From the NCBI GenBank assembly GCA_032718475.1, contig JAUCBJ010006727.1, forward strand, positions 1-41,473: DNA of 41,473 bases, in the 5' to 3' direction. A program made the position numbers and the translations under genes. This document shows positions 36,915 through 41,473 of this stretch, one piece after another (the stretch's first letter is position 1; every line of letters begins with the position of its first letter). The notes under the pieces are model-generated. The model worked only from the letters and a program-made list of their open reading frames with translations, made no database searches and had not been told where the DNA came from. The DNA is from Nemertoderma westbladi. Lineage: Eukaryota; Animalia; Xenacoelomorpha.

Positions 36915-37927
36915 AAGTGATTAAAAGTGAATCTGATGAAATTATTGCAGCAATCAGATCAGTATACGATGGTTCGACAACATTTGTGTCTACTGTTGAC
37001 GGTGACACAGAACCATTTGAAGTGTTATGGGGCGTCCTCCAGGGAGACACACTTGCACCATTCTTGTTCATAATTGTTGTTGACTATGTTCTACGCATGT
37101 CCTTAGATCATCATAATGATGATGGGGTGATGATAACTCCATCTACTGGCTCCAGAAGTCGAGGAAATCCTGCCAAGTACCTAACTGATCTAGACTTTGC
37201 TGATGATGTAGGAGTACTCTCAGAATCACTAGAGGGAGCCCAACGGCTCCTCAGCTCATTAGAACATGCTGCTTCTAGTGTTGGTCTTTTTATTAACTCC
37301 AGAAAGACCAAAATTTTGACAGTTAACTTTGAAAGTCCTCAGCAAGTCTCTGATCGGATGAGCATAAGCTCAAAAGGTGGTGTGCTTGAGCATGTGGATG
37401 ACTTCTGTTACCTGGGATCATGTCACCGAGAATTAATCGGAAACTTAAGGTCCGATTATTTAGAGTAGCAGTAGTACCAGTACTCCTCTATGGGAGTCCA
37501 TGCAGTCACTGCTGAGGACACCAAATCTCTGGATGGCACATTCACAAGAATGCTACGCCGGGTTCATTGTGTCAAGTACAATGCACACATCTCCAACCAG
37601 ACACTATAAAACATTGGAGGTGTTTCATTGGTTCCCCCAAGCTTCACACTAGAACAAAATCGCCTCCGCTTTGCAGGACATTGCTTTCGCCGTGAGGACC
37701 AGCCAGTGCATAATCTTGTACTTTGGCAGCCTCATGGAGTGAATAAGCATGGTGGACAGCCCATGACTTTCTTGAGACGCATCTTAAAGGACACTGGCCT
37801 TGAAGATGCGGATGATCTAGCAAATGTCATGGGTGATAGGCAGTTGTGGCGGTGCAATTTTGTCGATAAGCCGGCACAGCATTCTTAAAAATGCAGCTGC
37901 AATGCAGCATGCCGATCCTAGTAGTAG
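36915..37927 (+). mobile_element. 5'-truncated RTE-type LINE (RT C-terminal half, thumb, short 3' tail)
   Basis: Motifs GVLQGDTLAPFLF, LTDLDFADD, GLFINSRKTK and VDDFCYLGS are present. An internal deletion/frameshift near 37420 resumes as LKVRLFRVAVVPVLLYG, followed by RLRFAGHCFR...LVLWQP. The element ends in TAGTAGTAG. Confidence 0.9.
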
Positions 37928-38748
37928 GGCACATCTGCTTATATATTTTTATTAAAATTATTTAGAGTTGACACTTAACATAAATATATGTCACGTGCTG
38001 CATGAAGGCCCCACTTTGCATTATTATCACATGATAGTTAAATACGGCTGCCTAGCAAGGAACTAGCAAGCTTTACGAACTCATAAAGCAGTTACTGTAC
38101 TAAATAACATTGGATATATATTAAATCCCATCTTGATTGTCTGTTCATCTGCCCGACTTGTCCGTCTCTGTCCAATGTGTCTATCAAAAAATTAAGAATG
38201 CATACAAACTAACTAAAATTAATTATAGCTATGGGGGTTTTCCATGGTGGTGATTTCAGTTTTCATATGGGTGCGGGTCGATTCGCCCCTCGACATTTTC
38301 GCCCCAAGTCGGTTCGCCCCACATTTTAGGGGCATATGGACCTGGGGCGAATCGACTTGGACAGTTGACTGATTCGCCCCACCTTCCAAGTCCATTCGCC
38401 CCAGATGATATTATTGAATGTTTTACTAATATTCTTTTTAGGTACAATGATATTAGAAAGTGCAATATTGAAATCTTGTTACAAACACTACAGCACTACC
38501 CTCGATTACGCGTAATATTATTTAGACCTTCAATCTAATAAATTACCCTTATAAATAAATATTGTTGCAAACACATTTACCCTCGCTTAGGCCTACAGTA
38601 GGGCCTACGCGTAATATTTTTTAGATCTTCAATCTATTGCAATAAATTACAGTAGAAATCTTGTTAATAACAATGTTACAAACACTTTTGAACCTTGATT
38701 ACGCGTAATATTTTCTCAAGATCTTATAATGTGAAACAAATTGATAAG

Positions 38749-40435
38749 TGTACGTTTCCAGTCCGCTTCTAATCTGTTACTGTTTAGCGAACTCCCTTTC
38801 TGTGACGAATCCAATATTAAATTTTCAAACAATAGCTCTGGTTACTACACATTAGTTGCATGGAATGTGGAAGGTGCGCGCTCTACGATCGACACAACGA
38901 TGGATGGCACCTTCATAGACACTGATATCCTTCTCCTTTATGAAAAGTTTACGACAGACTTGGTCATCCCAGGCTTCTCATGTCACAATGTGTCTTGTGA
39001 GAAACGCGATTTAGGGCGCCCTTACGGTGGTATCACCATTGCCATTAATATGAAAACCGCAATGCGTCAGGAGCCCATTCATAAAAGCTCAACAGCTTTA
39101 GCACAGCTAACAAGTAACTTTGTGATAATATCTGCCTAATTATCCCCCATCAACTGATGTCTCTGATATATTACTCGAGCTCACCACTATAATTGTAACT
39201 GCACGGGCAAAGTGCACTCTTCCAATACTGCTAACAGGTGATTTTAACTGCCGTTTAGATGGCCCACATGATCGTGGAGACACACTATGCAGTGGCCTAC
39301 TTGGCGCAGGACTGAACTGCATTAACGACCACTCAATCCCTACATATTACTCCTGGAATGGTCAGAGCGTAATCGACCTCGTTTTTGTCGACCACCTATT
39401 GGCTGATAAGGTCTCAGTAAGTATCCGCCCAACTACAAACACTAAACACCAGCGCGTTTATATAAAATATGAAACAACAAGCCCCATCAACTATAGGAAA
39501 GAGCGCTGTAAAGCAATCAAGAGGCTTGACGTAGACAAATTAGGCCACATTCTAACGACAGGGGATTTTCAATCTGCTATAGCCAATGGAGTAGACGATG
39601 TCTGTTCTTACATAACTAATGCTATTACAAATTCTTCGTTATCTAGTAAGCCGAGAAATTCCAAACCTTGGTTCAATCAAGAATGCTATCGGGCTAAACA
39701 CGAACTCATTTAATTTCGTTTTCAGTTAATGAAATGGGCGCCAACACCCCTAAACAAGCAAAGATATTCGGAGTTAGCTCGTTCATATAAGAAGTTGATG
39801 CATACTAAAAAGACATTGTATGAGGCCCAAAAAGAGTTTAAGTTAATTTAAGAGTGCGAGTCTGACAAACAGAAATTTTGGAACATTCTGAAGACCGGCG
39901 ACCAAGTCAAACCAGTTGCTCAACAAGTGTCAGAACAATCTTGGTTCACACATTTCTCAGAGTTGCTTTCAACCAAACACTCACTCCAACTACCGCCAAT
40001 TCCAGATCAACCAAATGATATACTAGATAAACAAATAGAGCCATCGGAAATAACTAACCGGTTTTCGTCACGGCGCATCAGCCCAGTTAATGGCGAACGG
40101 CTGCCACCATCGGATTTGTAAAACTTCGAACTGCTGGAGACCCACTGATCAATGTGTTTGCTGGTTGTGCAATAATAGTGCCACATCTACCGCCCACTAC
40201 CTGCAATGCACCGGAATGCCAGCCAACCTGTCTACATTAAGATGCGCGCTGTATCTGATGAGCGTAGACCAACCACTTCCCCATCAACCGTGACTTATTT
40301 TATTATAGTTTAGTAACAGTATTTTAATATTTATATTATATTATATTATTATTATTTATTTATTTTACGAAAATTTGTGCTTCAATTAATTAATTTTACT
40401 AAGCTCCATATGTTGGAATAAAGAAGTCAATGGTC
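38749..40435 (+). mobile_element. Internally deleted APE-type LINE (endonuclease + linker + C-terminal Cys/His domain, RT absent) nested in the MULE
   Basis: APE motifs LVAWNVEG, DILLLYE, GRPYGG, LLTGDFNCR and PTYYSWNGQSVIDLVF are present. The linker KPWFNQEC...WFTHFSELL...DILDKQIEPSEI is followed almost at once by NGCHHRIC...CVCWLC...H...C. An AT-rich 3' UTR has AATAAA at 40417-40422. Flanking 51-bp direct repeats lie at 38698-38748 and 40436-40486. Confidence 0.85.
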
Positions 40436-40589
40436 ATTACGCGTAATATTTTCTCAAGATTTTATAATGTGAAAGAAATTGATAAGGTAAATCAAGCAAA
40501 TCCAAATGTTGTTTCTGTCTACTTTCCTTTTAAGCTTTAATATATTGAATCACGTGACTCACATACAACAGTGACAACTCTCATAGGCA

Positions 40590-40645
40590 ACTCTTCGCTC
40601 TTGTGGCTCGGCAAGGGTTCGAACCCGCGGGACCTAGAATCATAC
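40590..40645 (-). mobile_element. Possible tRNA-derived SINE remnant
   Basis: B-box-like GGGTTCGAACCC in a short GC-rich patch. No convincing A box. Confidence 0.3.
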
Positions 40646-41473
40646 ATAATGAATTACATGTGAAACAAATTCATATGGTGAACCTCTGATCATCTGGTAT
40701 TTCTGCACTTTCTAATTCTAATATGGTACCTAAAAAGAATATTAGTAAACCATTCAATAATATCCTGATATCATCTGAGACGAATGGACTTGGAAGGTGG
40801 GGCGAATCAGTCAACTGTCCAAGTCGATTCGCCCCAGGTCCATATGCACCTAAAATGTGGGGCGAATCGACTTGGGGCGAAAAGGTCGAGGGGCGAATCG
40901 ACCCGCACCCTTTTCATATATAACGGAATCTAGACCGCCTGTCAGTTAATAGACGGGTTTGGCTGTGAAAAAAAGAAGCATTTCACCTAATGCGGCGGTC
41001 GGCATACTGTCGCTAAAAGCACCTAATCTAATCTAGAAACCAATACAGTTATATACAAAGCCATGCCAAATGCGTCATAGTGCATAATTTAATACAGTGG
41101 TGACAAGGCTGCGTCATTATTGGTGCGAAAAGTTTAACTTATTTTTTAGACTACCTATATAGGCTTCTATAGACCTTTGGGTGAGATACAATAGCCTTCA
41201 GTACCTACTAACTGCAGAAGCAGAATCGTCTATGGCGCATCTGCGTCAGACGTCTGGGACAGACGTTTCACATAGTTTCCTCCACGTCTGTGACAGACAT
41301 ACAGACATCTGTTTTTACGCTTTTAAAACGATTTAACTTGGTTTGTGTCCAATGTGTGGTAATATTGAAAAGGTTGAATGCGCATTGGCCAAAATAGCGT
41401 GTCCTATTGTATAATATAAATATATGAAACGGGCCAGAATAAATTGACTGCCAGTAAATCACTTTTACACAAC

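Larger units (their letters stand above)
38269..40910. mobile_element. Non-autonomous Mutator-like (MULE) DNA transposon with ~200-bp TIRs and a 9-bp TSD
   Basis: TIRs at 38269-~38464 and ~40704-40910 begin GGGTGCGGGTCGATTCGCCCC and contain repeated TTCGCCCC motifs. The perfect TSD TTTTCATAT lies at 38260-38268 and 40911-40919. No transposase is present. Confidence 0.9.

Noticed and set aside
38256-40923. Two similar small ORFs (38256-38465 minus, 40723-40923 plus) as paralogous genes
   Set aside because: They are the two TIRs of the MULE read in opposite directions.

Overview
This is an AT-rich, repeat-dominated eukaryotic window (probably an invertebrate animal; this is inferred). I found no intact host protein-coding gene. 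About 47% of it (14743-34349) is one uninterrupted tandem array of a 27-bp monomer, TTTACTGATTAACTCGATACACAACAG. The array has nested higher-order duplications, including a 5271-bp one, and all the LLCIELISK/LLINSIHNS ORFs are by-products of it. The flanks hold two tRNA-Asn(GTT) genes, a CCHC zinc-knuckle ORF fragment, several decayed non-LTR retrotransposons (L2/CR1-type RT, RTE-type RT, and two APE-type LINE pieces sharing a Cys/His C-terminal motif), a tRNA-derived SINE, and non-autonomous DNA transposons with recognisable TIRs/TSDs (pogo/Tc1-like, IS3EU-like, MULE-like). The most notable observations are: (i) the satellite begins at a fold-back junction where the adjoining L2 RT sequence resembles an inverted monomer; (ii) an RT-less LINE (endonuclease fused almost directly to the C-terminal finger) sits inside a MULE between 51-bp direct repeats; (iii) a degenerate minimal hammerhead-like motif lies inside an ~87-bp inverted repeat; (iv) a small TSD-flanked insert is rich in UUCG/GNRA tetraloops. 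Coordinates were counted by hand and may be off by a few bases. No database searches were run.
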